Below, piece by piece: positions 20,966-31,805 of a stretch of 64,000 nucleotides of DNA. This DNA comes from Flectonema sp. DT1601 (taxonomy: Eukaryota), in assembly GCA_964019425.1 (NCBI GenBank), contig OZ025795.1, positions 620,001-684,000 on the forward strand, in the 5' to 3' direction. How positions within the stretch are numbered: position 1 is the first letter of the stretch; each line of letters begins with the position of its first letter. The notes below the pieces were generated by a model. It ran no database searches, had not been told where the DNA came from, and worked only from the letters and a program-made list of their open reading frames with translations. The position numbers were made by a program, and so were the translations under genes.

Positions 20966-23467
20966 TCATAAAAACACATTGTTCTCCTTATGAAATGGAA
21001 CAACCAGTTGGCTGCTACTTGCGTCATAAGGATCACAATCCCCATATACAATTTCATTAAATCTACGGTGTAACAAGTTGTACTCCATATTAACAAATGT
21101 AACATCCAGTTGGCCACTTGCTTCATAAGAATGCTGACAAAATAAAGGCATTATATTTTCACTTGCTGAAGTACAGCTAAGAGCTTCGTCTTGAAAGTGA
21201 GGAGCATCGTTGTGTGATTCTCGAATAATCGACCTCTTGTAACCAGATCTTAAATCTACAACGTATTGAAGACAGTCATAAATGCAGCGTAAAAGAACCA
21301 AACTGACACTGGCAGACATTAAGTTTGTGCTTATTGAGTCAGCCCAATTATTGCTGCCACCGTAACCATGAATAGAAACAAGTTCCAACAACAATGCGGA
21401 ACTTATTAAAAAGTTTGTTAGGATATGTAAATGAATTAGTAAGGGGGCAATGTAAACTTTAAATTTCCATATGTAAATTAATTGAACGAATGTAGTAATA
21501 AATAAAATAGAAATTCGAATAGTGCAATGCCACACATTGTTCGTTGATATCCATGCTGCTCCCACCAGCAGTGGGACTGGACCGTATTCGATGGCGATGT
21601 AGTTACCACGTAAGTGTTTTATATGGCAATAAATATCAAAACCGGTTCCCATTTTTTCTATGTAGTGCGAACCTTCATCAACGGATTCCCAAGCACCACA
21701 TCCAAGAGCGTAGGCTACGAATGGTGTGAAATGCTCTTTTGAACGTCGCCGATATGTGCACTTTTTGTGATCACATCTGAATATCGTCATCACCATAGCT
21801 ATAAAAATAATAGAAAACAACATCCCCATCGCTCCAATAAGCTTCATAGCTATTGTGTGTGAGTATATCAACAGCAGACCAGAATATTGAAAGATTGACG
21901 GGAATAAAATTAACGAGATCGGAATCAAGACACCAGGGTACCTCATGGTCAGAGCAATATTCTTTTTTGGATTTCTTAGCATAATAATAGAATATAAAAA
22001 TGTATATGAGAATAGGCACAATGCAATATTTCCAATCACAGCACCAGCCCAGTAGTTTCCTTCTATTGCGAAGATCAGTGGGTGAACTACAAATGGAAGG
22101 CGGTCTGAGGAGATACCATCAGAGCATTTCATTTGATTAGCGACGAGTAATGTTTTTGATAGAGTTCCCCCAACTCCAGATCCTGCTATAAGAGAACCAA
22201 CAGATGCGGTTAAAGTTACACCACCTCCAGTGTCACCCGTACCAAAGGAATCCACAGCTGGAGTAACTGCAGTTGGTACTGCGGTAGGAACAGCCGTCGG
22301 TATGGTTGTTGGGGTTGTGGTAGAAATAGCCATTGACACCGCAGTAGGTACAGCTGTTGGTACGGCTGTTAGCACCACGGTCGGCAATGCAGTAGGTATG
22401 GCAGTGGGAACGGCTGTCGGAACTGTGGTAGGAACAGCTGTGGGTGCTGTCGTTGGCACTGCAGTCGGTGCGGTCGTTGGCATTGCAGTCGGTGCGGTCG
22501 TTGGCATTGCAGTAGCAGGAACGGCTGTTGATAGTCCGTAGAGCGTACACCCACCAGTTGATTTCTGGAAGGTGTAAATATAGTCTGAGATTGCAATAAT
22601 TTCATCAGCATCATTCGCTACGGTATCGGGAATTCCATTGTCGTAGACTCGAAGAATGGAACCGGTACCGTAAGCTACCCCTGGAGTGTCTCCATGTTGA
22701 CAGGTTACGTCTAACATATTATCAGGGACAATTTCTACATAGGCTGTCATCGCACCAGTCCATGAACCGAGGAAAGTATTGTTTCCTGCAGCAAAGAAAT
22801 ATCCGTTGCAGGCAACAATGCGTACGAGCGTGTTCGAGTGGGAGAAAAACATCGCGGAAGACGTTTTGGTGGGTAATAGATTGATAGCAGGAGCACGTGT
22901 TGAGTATTCACTGAGGAAATATATCCCTCCAGTGGACTCGTCTACGGTAATCGATCCGATGTCTTTATTTCTTAAGAAGCCTGCTGCGATGTTTACAGTT
23001 CCCATGGCAATGTCTGCCATTTCGAAGTATATTATCCCGTCGTTTTGACATGCGCCATAGACAGTAGTACCACTAGCAGCGAGTTCAACACAACTTCCAA
23101 TATATGGAAAATTCATCACATTCACAATATCAAGTACACCACCACCAATAATAGGAATTACATGTAGCTTAACAGGTTCAGCCGCAACCATATAAGGTGT
23201 TCCTCCGATAGTTATTGAAGTAGCAGTAATAATGTTTGAAGTGTAATTCGTTGTTGAAACCGCTGAGCACTGAGTAGTTTCAGGATTAAACTGTCTGATT
23301 TTAGTATCAAAAAATCCGTACATCCACTTATCATAAACAGCAGTTGATCTTAATGCAGAAGTGTATGTAGCAGTATGTATAGAAACTGTTTTGTAGCATG
23401 TTGCTAATTGCACCACAGTCAGAAGGATGAAAAACGTTCCCACACGCCATAAGGTACTTGCCACCAT
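20966..23467 (-). CDS. Surface protein: signal peptide, beta-rich ectodomain, (PTAV/PTTA)n stalk, ~7-TM C-terminal domain
   Basis: MVASTLWRVGTFFILLTVVQLATC signal, Pro/Thr/Ala repeat stalk, seven hydrophobic segments after LPFVVHPL. Confidence 0.88.
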   Translation of the reverse strand: MVASTLWRVGTFFILLTVVQLATCYKTVSIHTATYTSALRSTAVYDKWMYGFFDTKIRQFNPETTQCSAVSTTNYTSNIITATSITIGGTPYMVAAEPVKLHVIPIIGGGVLDIVNVMNFPYIGSCVELAASGTTVYGACQNDGIIYFEMADIAMGTVNIAAGFLRNKDIGSITVDESTGGIYFLSEYSTRAPAINLLPTKTSSAMFFSHSNTLVRIVACNGYFFAAGNNTFLGSWTGAMTAYVEIVPDNMLDVTCQHGDTPGVAYGTGSILRVYDNGIPDTVANDADEIIAISDYIYTFQKSTGGCTLYGLSTAVPATAMPTTAPTAMPTTAPTAVPTTAPTAVPTTVPTAVPTAIPTALPTVVLTAVPTAVPTAVSMAISTTTPTTIPTAVPTAVPTAVTPAVDSFGTGDTGGGVTLTASVGSLIAGSGVGGTLSKTLLVANQMKCSDGISSDRLPFVVHPLIFAIEGNYWAGAVIGNIALCLFSYTFLYSIIMLRNPKKNIALTMRYPGVLIPISLILFPSIFQYSGLLLIYSHTIAMKLIGAMGMLFSIIFIAMVMTIFRCDHKKCTYRRRSKEHFTPFVAYALGCGAWESVDEGSHYIEKMGTGFDIYCHIKHLRGNYIAIEYGPVPLLVGAAWISTNNVWHCTIRISILFITTFVQLIYIWKFKVYIAPLLIHLHILTNFLISSALLLELVSIHGYGGSNNWADSISTNLMSASVSLVLLRCIYDCLQYVVDLRSGYKRSIIRESHNDAPHFQDEALSCTSASENIMPLFCQHSYEASGQLDVTFVNMEYNLLHRRFNEIVYGDCDPYDASSSQLVVPFHKENNVFL
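22255..22527 (-). repeat. Coding 12-bp-period minisatellite (PTAV/PTTA mucin-like stalk)
   Basis: Degenerate 12/24-bp units, e.g. GCAGTCGGTGCGGTCGTTGGCATT repeated on +. Confidence 0.9.
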
Positions 23468-24440
23468 ACTGGTTGTAAAGAACATGTAAAACATAATACT
23501 CAAATAACTTCGTCAATCAATTCTACTCTGATGAGGGGCATCTTGTCAATTGAAACTTCTGCATAATTGTGATAACTGATGCAAAGATGAGAATAAGAGT
23601 AAATAATTTCATTACCTTGTCTCCAACAGAGTTAGAAAGATTGGGTGTAGACTCCCAATAATCACTACTGGGAATCAGCTGTGTGGTACAAATGAATAAT
23701 TAAAAAATGAAATAATATTACGTTATTCTCTCTGTTAACTTATTAAGAATTTGGTATCCCTCAGTTCAGATCTTCTGAATTTCTCCAAAAAAAAGAGAAC
23801 TATCAGAAAGCGTACCTTGCAATCAACCGAATTTATTTACCTTTGAATGTTTTCTTGGAGAGAAGAAGCTCTTAATACTTTTTGAGCATCCCCGTACCTC
23901 CAAACATGTTCGTGCTTCTGAAACATGCTGCTCAAGACCGTTTGATAAAATTTGAGAGAGCTCTCGCTTTGATTCTATCTTTACTTTTAAATGAAGTCTT
24001 CCTTCGTTCTGATCAATACGCTGGTTGGTGTTGTCGCATCAGAATGAAAGGCAGCTTCGCATCGTCTCTTGTTCGTTTTATTTGAATGTTCCATTGAGGG
24101 TTTTGCACATTTGAACTGACTGACTTATCCTTTAGAACGGATTTATAGAATTTCTTCTTAGTTTTGATATTTGTTGTTGAAGGTGACAACTGTCTGATGA
24201 AGCTTTTCAGTTCGCCAACCTGTTTCGCTGTACTAATGAAAGGATTAAAACATTTGCACCAAATTTCTCATTAGATAATAGCAATCAAGAGAAGCCCATA
24301 ATGTATGTTACGTTCCCTGAAAAGTATATCGATTAAAAAGGGTGAACAAAACACTTTCATTGTTGTGTATTTGGTTTACGCTGTAAGAGCTTCATATTCT
24401 TTTTTCCTTGCAAAATGCATACTGAAGCTTGTTGGAACAA

Positions 24441-24737
24441 TTACTCGGCGGACACCATTCCTTTGAGTGTGCCTCCATTTTGACCATAATTCGTAGAATT
24501 GAATGGTGCCTTAATATTCACATCATAAGTACAGCGGTCAGGTCTGTCTGCATTAGGTCCCTTACCGCAAGAACCTTTAACAATCTTCCAAGAACCATTA
24601 ACTCCCCATCCCTGGCCATTGCCTCCGAATTCGGTGTTCTGTTTGTTATTGTTATTCCACTAATACATTCTCAAAGAAAGCGTACTGAAATATCATACCG
24701 TGCTAGCTAGAAATTGGTATGGCCCGAAGTCAGACAT
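24441..24737 (-). CDS. Small 78-aa Gly/Asn-rich protein, 2 exons (absent from ORF track)
   Basis: Exons 24737-24699 and 24638-24441, intron 24698-24639 (GTATGA..AACAAACAG). Upstream acceptor TTTCTCTTCAG at 24760. Translation MSDFGPYQFLASTNTEFGGNGQGWGVNGSWKIVKGSCGKGPNADRPDRCTYDVNIKAPFNSTNYGQNGGTLKGMVSAE. Confidence 0.65.
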
Positions 24738-25129
24738 ATTTTGTTTGTGTTGTGTAAATCTGAAGAGAAATAAATTGCACGATGTCCAGAGTGGATGACA
24801 TCTCTATAAGCGGAAAGTCCTCTCCTTATTCTTCCACCTGGTGAGGCTAAAAAATATTATTGCAAGACTTTTACATTTCCACAGGTACACAACGAAACGG
24901 GACGGGAATCGGGTCTTACTGTAACTGCCGTCACAAACGATTGCATCGACCAAACGTCAGTGAAGTGCTATTTGATGACCACACTAAGGCGGAGTGTCGA
25001 AAGCGGAGAATGATAAACTAAGGGACGGCAAAATTGCTGGGATAGAAAAGCAGTTGACTAAACGGAAAGGAATTGATATCGAGGGGATTACTTTGACAAC
25101 AGCATTTGATAGAGCATTGCGAATGGAAC

Positions 25130-25465
25130 TTACTTAGCTTCGTTCTTCTTTGCAACGATGGCACGCATTTTGATGCTCATTTGAGTTTGGTTAAGCTTCT
25201 TGCGCTTGATGGTTCTAAAGCGCTGGTGAGGTGGAGGAGTTGAACGAGGCCTGTCTACAATTTTTATCAATTTGCCACATCCAACGGGAACTAGCTGTCC
25301 TTCGTTCTTCAACTGCTGGACAACTTGCTCAGCGTTTATCGGTTGCTTCACTCTCAAGTTTCTGATCTTCCTCTTTTTCTGCGACTTTCTATTTTTCTGC
25401 AACTCCGCGGCTCCAGGTACAATTCCCAACTTTGCTTGGTCGTGCTTTATGCTGCCTCTTGCCAT
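25130..25465 (-). CDS. Small, highly basic hypothetical protein (111 aa)
   Basis: ATG in an A-rich context, on the cluster strand, K/R-rich. No family recognised. Confidence 0.7.
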   Translation of the reverse strand: MARGSIKHDQAKLGIVPGAAELQKNRKSQKKRKIRNLRVKQPINAEQVVQQLKNEGQLVPVGCGKLIKIVDRPRSTPPPHQRFRTIKRKKLNQTQMSIKMRAIVAKKNEAK

Positions 25466-27303
25466 TGTTTTTAGAGGAAAATTTCACTAACAGAATGATG
25501 TGAACAAAATGAACAAAACTGATTGACGGATTAGACTCGTAAACTCATATGTGAGCTGTAGTAAAAGTATTTCTAAGAATTCCTCAAAAACCAGAAAGCA
25601 AATTGTACTCTACATATTATAAGAAAAGGGAAAGCAAAACGCAAAGTACGCAGCAAAACTATACAGAAACGAACTCTGGGGTTACACGAAACTGTTTTGA
25701 AAAAAAAAAAAACTAGGAACTGAATCCCATGCAGCTATCCCTATCCTCACATTAATCGAAGGCGATATTTTGAGAAAACCTGCACTGCTCTGAACAAGGT
25801 AATCTTCCTTCGAAATGCCGAAACTATCGCAGACGGGATAAGCAAAATAGCAGTCGAGGGCATCGTTTATCGAAAGGACAAGCGTATGTCTGATTGGACT
25901 ATCATGAATATGGGGCTCATGAACGTTCGTTAACAAGTTTACGAAAGGGTCCAAGGATGCTAAGAGAATAAAAGAATATCAGTTAAGAAAAAGTCGCAAA
26001 TCACTTCACGGTTAACACTCACGGGATAAGTTGACAAAGTAAAATAGTACCAAAAACCTAAAAAATGAACAGCAGAATGATAAAAATTAAAAAATAAAAA
26101 AAAAACGAGAGGCTAAAATTTCTGCAACTTCCCAGTTGCAAATACTCCATTCGTTCTGTTCCTTTGTTGTTTCCGTTCGATTTCTTTTCGTTTTTCATTC
26201 GTGCAAAAGAATGAAAAACGGGATTACTGAAACCGAAGCTACAAAAAAAGAGCAGAAAGAACAACGGGACACACCTCGGTAAACCTAACAGTCTCCTTTA
26301 CTTCTTCTCAGGTTCCCGCAATCCAGATTTACATGTCGCAATGAAGATGCGGCAGACATATCACCGCAATATATGATGTAAACCGTATCCCTGCTAAGAA
26401 AAGTCTTTTCGGGATTATCCGCACCTTAGAAGAAACCAAAGGCGACACTCGAGTACGTAATTCGCACAAACAAAAACACAATCTTCTTGTGGTAGATATT
26501 CGATACTATTTAGTTCTGCATAATCTATTTTTTTATTTTATTTATATTTTTATATTCTTTTTTTTTTATTCGAATCCCACTACACGCCTTTGACTCTAAC
26601 TAATGCAATTGAGTAAATAAATATCAACCCTCACGTTAGAAAACAGCAATCCTTCGGTTAACTGCTTGAACATACCCATAATAATATAAATATTTTTTGC
26701 ATTGTATCAAAGTTAACTAATAAATAATTAGTAATTTATGAGACAACCAAAAGGTAATATTTGTAAGAAAAGGTACATTCCGTAAAATGTCATAAAAGGC
26801 TCTGTGATAATCCAGCAGTAGTATTACCATTCCTCGCTAAAAGTACAAAGTACTAATAGTGGGAGAACATACAATCGGATGCAGGAGGGAACGAAACGAT
26901 TAAAACCAACCCAAGGCATAACAAAACATAGTTCCTGCAATCATCCAAAAAAAAAAAAAAAGAAAAAAAAAAAGACAGGAAGATTCAAATAATATTTCTC
27001 AGACTCAATGAACGACGAAGATGCAACTCGAGTCAGTTGGAGCACAGTTCCCAGAGAAGGTATCTTGATCATTTCCATGTTAGAAATAATCAAAATAAAA
27101 CTCTTCAGAAAAGATCCTTTTGAGTGCTCAACATTTCATTCCAAAGAGACACAAAGTAATCTAACAAAGCAATGAACTCTCTTTCACAAACGAGACCTCA
27201 ATTGATATAAACCTAACGCTCTAACGCTCGCTACTAATTATTTTTCAAAGTTTTCGTTAACCTCAAATATTCATTTTGTCGGAATTTCAGACTTCTGTTA
27301 TTC

Positions 27304-30132
27304 TCAAGAATCAGTTGCCCATGATAACAAAGACTGAATGCAGATATCCATTTTATAAGAAGGGGTATTAGAAGGAAGGAATCGATGAACCATATCAATC
27401 AGGGATTTCTTAGTGTGGGTTTTCAGAATGTCGAGAGAACCAAGGGATTGCGTCACCCAAGATGCAAATGATGACCAAGTTCCATCACCGCAAGTGTTAT
27501 CAAAGGTGATTTGAACTGCTGCTAATCCGGTTCCAGTAGCAGCAGGAGAAGGAGCTGAGAAGGAAAGACCGACCTCAGCTTCTTCAAGTTGGCCGTTCGG
27601 CACGGTTGATGCAAAGTAAGATAAAGGGTTTTCCGTACTGTTTTTCCTAACCTGACGAAAGCCATTCATTCCGTAGTGACTGAGTCTCCGTTGAAGAATG
27701 CTGGGGCCATTCAAATGCTGCGTCCGTTGCTCCTCTGCTTCCGTCGCAGACACTGCACTCAACAAACCACCAGAACCAACTTCAATATCGTTCATGCTTA
27801 TTCCGTACTGCCCTACTTCCATTGGGGGTGGGACATCACCTCCCCCAGTCATTTTCATATTCTTAAATGTTATCTCTTCTAATCCTAATTCTTCTTTCTT
27901 CTGCTCGTGTTCTTTGATATCTGACATCGCCTTCTTGACGGCCTTCATAATTCGATCTTCTTCTGTTATTTCATCGCTCTGCTCAACCATGAAGACGTAA
28001 CGATGAAGATGATCTTTTGGACCAGCTTTAAAGTGATTCACACGAAGTGAGTCCATCATGCAGGGGAACAAAAGTTTCAACCTGCGTTCATACAACAGCG
28101 TAGCGCGCCCTTTTGAAAGTCTCCACTCCATTTCAGAGAGGGATCTGATCTCGCTGAAAGTACACGAGAAAATAGAAATCAAAAGATTCAATAAAATAAC
28201 TAATCCACAAATAGCTGCCAGCAGTGCCAATAAGTAAGAAAGCCACGCGAGATCTGCCTCTCCGGTTTGTGTCCACGTTGGAAATGAGGAGGTATCTCCC
28301 AGCGCAGTCTTAACCAGTTGATCCAACGATTGCGTGTAGGTATTCGGTGCCACCGCCATAATATGCAATGCCGTACCAAATCCGATTAAGAAAATCGAAA
28401 AAACGACTAAAAACGCCGTCACATCTGTACGAACAGTCCTGAAGACTATTGTCGTAAGCATACCCAACACTCGAGAGAATGCCGTGAATTTAAGAGTCGA
28501 CATCCAAACAAATAATTCCGCCACAGCGAGAATACCTGTCGTAAAAGAAGCTGGTTTCTTATCCTGAGCAAGGAATGTAACCACATGGATTATTGTAAGA
28601 ACTTGACCAATCCATGCGAAGAAATCATATTCAGATAAAGGAACATGGCTGGTTAACCAGGAAGTTCCAGATTCTCTGCTTTGCATAAAGTTGTCTGTGT
28701 TGACTATGCTGTTGAAAATATCTTCACCATGTTTTAGAGTAGCCAGCCAAGGTGGGATGGTTCCCTGTTTTCCTCGCAAACCGGTTTGGGCAACGGCTTC
28801 TGCATAACCAGCATAACAGTCCAACACAACAACAAAACATTGAAGTGCGCTATCTACAAAAACAATCCATTCAAGAGTTACGAGATCGCTATCGTCTGGA
28901 TTCTTATTTCCTTTTAAGATCTCATCAATATAATGTCGATATTCTATTGCGTGGTAAGTGATAGCAAACAATCTTAAAAGATGGATCACAAATGCGCTAA
29001 AAAATGCCAACGCGGCAAACTGATGCCACTTCGCTTCCATCACTCCCACCAGGTGCGGATGTGTTGAGAGAGAATAAAACCTTCTGCAACAAATTAAATT
29101 CAAAACACTAATTTGAGGAGTTTTCCCTGCGATTGGTATGGTATCCAACTGCTCCAGCGGAACGGAAGTGCAGCTGACACGACCGAATTTCCATTCAATA
29201 CGAGACATTCTATTTAATACGAAGTCAAATGTTTCTCCATTATCATTGTGACTTAGAACTGCTGCCAGACCAACTGGAGTCAGACCTGACGACCCCTTGG
29301 CTTCAAATGCAGCTTTTCTGTCCAATATTGTGATGTTGTGCTCTTCGGCACTTCGACCATACATATCTCCATTAACTTCCTCATCTTTATACAAAACATC
29401 CATTTGATCAAGTAACCAATCAAACAGTTCTGGTCGTCTGTGAATCACTGAGATGTGCAAAGCTGTGTTTCCGAATGTGTCAATTCGGCTGAGAATTGTG
29501 TTCGGGTTTCGGCCTTCTATTTTTGCCTTGTTCCGAACTCGTGTCAGTAGAAGCTGTGCCATTTTCTGATTTCCACATGCGACAGCGAACGACAATGGAT
29601 ATTCACCGAAATAACATGTCGAAGAAGGGTTGAAAAACGTACCATACGCGCGTGTGGTTGGATCTGCTCCAGCATCAATTAGAATCTCCATCAATTCACA
29701 ATCATCGAAGGCTACAGCGAGGTGAAGAGCAGACTCACCGTCAAAGAGACCAACTGGAAGAGTTGGGTCAGAGTAGCAGCAATTTATCAACTCTGACCTA
29801 TGAGGATACTCAGAGAGCAAGTAATCGACAATTGCCGACGCCCTGATATTCTTAAAAACTCCTCTGTGAATAACTGCCCAGTGAAGCAGACATGCTCCTA
29901 CATTGTCTCTAACAAATGTAGTTGATCGAACATCAACGAGATCACGTTTTCTTTCAATTAATTTCTTCAGGCAATCGACTGCTCCCTCTGGATCAAGATC
30001 GGAAGCTCTGAAGATATCCATCACGCCTTGGTCTTCCCAAAATGTAACCTGCTGTCCCATTGCTGAAGCAACAAACCGATTCCCCAGCAGTTCCTCACGA
30101 CACCCAAACATCTTCGCCATGTCCTCCATCAT
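27304..30132 (-). CDS. TRPV-like ankyrin-repeat cation channel
   Basis: Ankyrin repeats with TRPV-type GESALHLAV, YFGEYPLSFAVAC and GNTALHISV. Six-TM region, S6 LLNLLISIFS and TRP-box-like EWRLSKG. Confidence 0.9.
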   Translation of the reverse strand: MMEDMAKMFGCREELLGNRFVASAMGQQVTFWEDQGVMDIFRASDLDPEGAVDCLKKLIERKRDLVDVRSTTFVRDNVGACLLHWAVIHRGVFKNIRASAIVDYLLSEYPHRSELINCCYSDPTLPVGLFDGESALHLAVAFDDCELMEILIDAGADPTTRAYGTFFNPSSTCYFGEYPLSFAVACGNQKMAQLLLTRVRNKAKIEGRNPNTILSRIDTFGNTALHISVIHRRPELFDWLLDQMDVLYKDEEVNGDMYGRSAEEHNITILDRKAAFEAKGSSGLTPVGLAAVLSHNDNGETFDFVLNRMSRIEWKFGRVSCTSVPLEQLDTIPIAGKTPQISVLNLICCRRFYSLSTHPHLVGVMEAKWHQFAALAFFSAFVIHLLRLFAITYHAIEYRHYIDEILKGNKNPDDSDLVTLEWIVFVDSALQCFVVVLDCYAGYAEAVAQTGLRGKQGTIPPWLATLKHGEDIFNSIVNTDNFMQSRESGTSWLTSHVPLSEYDFFAWIGQVLTIIHVVTFLAQDKKPASFTTGILAVAELFVWMSTLKFTAFSRVLGMLTTIVFRTVRTDVTAFLVVFSIFLIGFGTALHIMAVAPNTYTQSLDQLVKTALGDTSSFPTWTQTGEADLAWLSYLLALLAAICGLVILLNLLISIFSCTFSEIRSLSEMEWRLSKGRATLLYERRLKLLFPCMMDSLRVNHFKAGPKDHLHRYVFMVEQSDEITEEDRIMKAVKKAMSDIKEHEQKKEELGLEEITFKNMKMTGGGDVPPPMEVGQYGISMNDIEVGSGGLLSAVSATEAEEQRTQHLNGPSILQRRLSHYGMNGFRQVRKNSTENPLSYFASTVPNGQLEEAEVGLSFSAPSPAATGTGLAAVQITFDNTCGDGTWSSFASWVTQSLGSLDILKTHTKKSLIDMVHRFLPSNTPSYKMDICIQSLLSWATDS

Positions 30133-31805
30133 GCTTGTGGTTGTGTATTTTCACTCCCCCCAATGGGGAGAAGATTCCTGAGAAATAATTAAACCACTCA
30201 CTCACTAGTCTTCAATTAAACTAACAACTATTCTATGAATTAATCATCTGCAGAAAAAAAAGATTTTAATAATAAAAGAGAACGATTTGAAAAAGTACAA
30301 AACCGTATTACGAGGTTGCACGCGTATCCGTACCTTTTCTTAATTCCAATCTAGCATGAACGTTGGGTGTTTCTTTTGTAAAGCCGCTTGAACCGTTTCC
30401 TCCCTGCATATTGGGAAATGTGTTATTCTCCAATTTGCAGTTTCTGATTTCGTAGATGCTGTTACCTAGACTCGTCTACAAGACGCGAGAAGTTTTGCAT
30501 CAACGTCGTATTTAGGAAGCATTGACGGCTAACGCAAATGCCAAGCGTTCGGTTGGGACTGCAACGTGATTTCGAGGGCTAATGGGTGATGACGTTTTTG
30601 TTTTTTATTTTACTCTTTTTATTTCTTTTTTTTTTTTTAAATATTTTAAGTAGTCATTGAGCTTGTTTGCTCCCTCGCCATACGTTTCATGTGCAAAAAT
30701 CCAAATTATTCTTTTTTTTTTATTTTATTTTTTTTTACCAATTTTTTTTTTCGTTTTCTTCGCTTCGCCAATTCTTCACTTAAATGGGTCAAAAGACTTA
30801 AGGTGCTCATTGGCTAACTTTGCTGTCTTTGCCCGATTCTGTTAATTACTACGGAGGGAGTATGGAGAGGAAGATTGGTCAGAATAGAGAATCAGTTCAA
30901 TTCCGCGTGAAGAGGTTGCAAACAAAATTAGTTCTGCTTCGTTGCAAAAGAGTTTCTCCACTGCAGCTTACTGATTCTCACTCTAGCGTTCTTTACCGGC
31001 GAGGCATTCATTTGAACCGCAGTATCTGAAAATTAATAAAGTGGGACGGAAGTCAACTGTAGTGACAAGACCCACCGGGTTTTGAGCAACGTTGATATTC
31101 CAACACGTGAACACTTTGAGGGAAGTACCTGCAAGTAATCGCAACGTGGGTACTAATGGCATAAAAGCCCGTAGTAGAATTCTGCAAGGAAAGTGATTCG
31201 TGCCTCCAACTATATTTCTATTTTTTATTGATATCACTCCTGTATATGTATATATTTTTTCCTCCTTCAAATAAATAAATAAAGAGTTCCCTCTGAACTT
31301 CACCGACACGGAGGTTTGCACCTGCAGGCCATGAAATTTCGTTCACACAGTGCACGACACAAAGGAAAGAGTGCACTGCAGAGGGAGGTAAGAACGGAAG
31401 ACAGTTCAAATGCAACGCACTAGCAACAGTGGATTCAGTTATGTGATAGGAAATTTAAAACAGAGAAGAACGGGATACGGGGGTACGCGTGGGAATGGAA
31501 CGGGGATCGGATTGTTCTTTTGTAACTACACGACAACAACCAGTTGCTCTCCTGGGTGTGAAAGCAACTGCCTTGAGTGAACTACCCTGGCTGGCATGTG
31601 TTCGGGTAGTAACTGGGGAAGGGACGAGAACACGTTTTTTTAATTATCTTTTCTTCCAAAGAATAACTCTCTTTTTTTTTATTTAATATTTTGTATTTTC
31701 TATTCTTCATTCCATCTCGGAACTGGATGCCTGAAATGCCCTCCAGAGCAAGTCTTCTGATGATCAATTCACTTTTTGGATGGTCGACTTCGGTCACTTT
31801 CTCGC

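Noticed and set aside
22230..22614. GTAV-repeat and other overlapping ORFs
   Set aside because: Antisense or alternative frames of the PTAV stalk.
23840..24225. Coding-like - strand fragment (VGELKSFIRQLSP..., faintly ubiquitin-like)
   Set aside because: Interrupted by stops, with no consistent exon model. At best a pseudogene relic.
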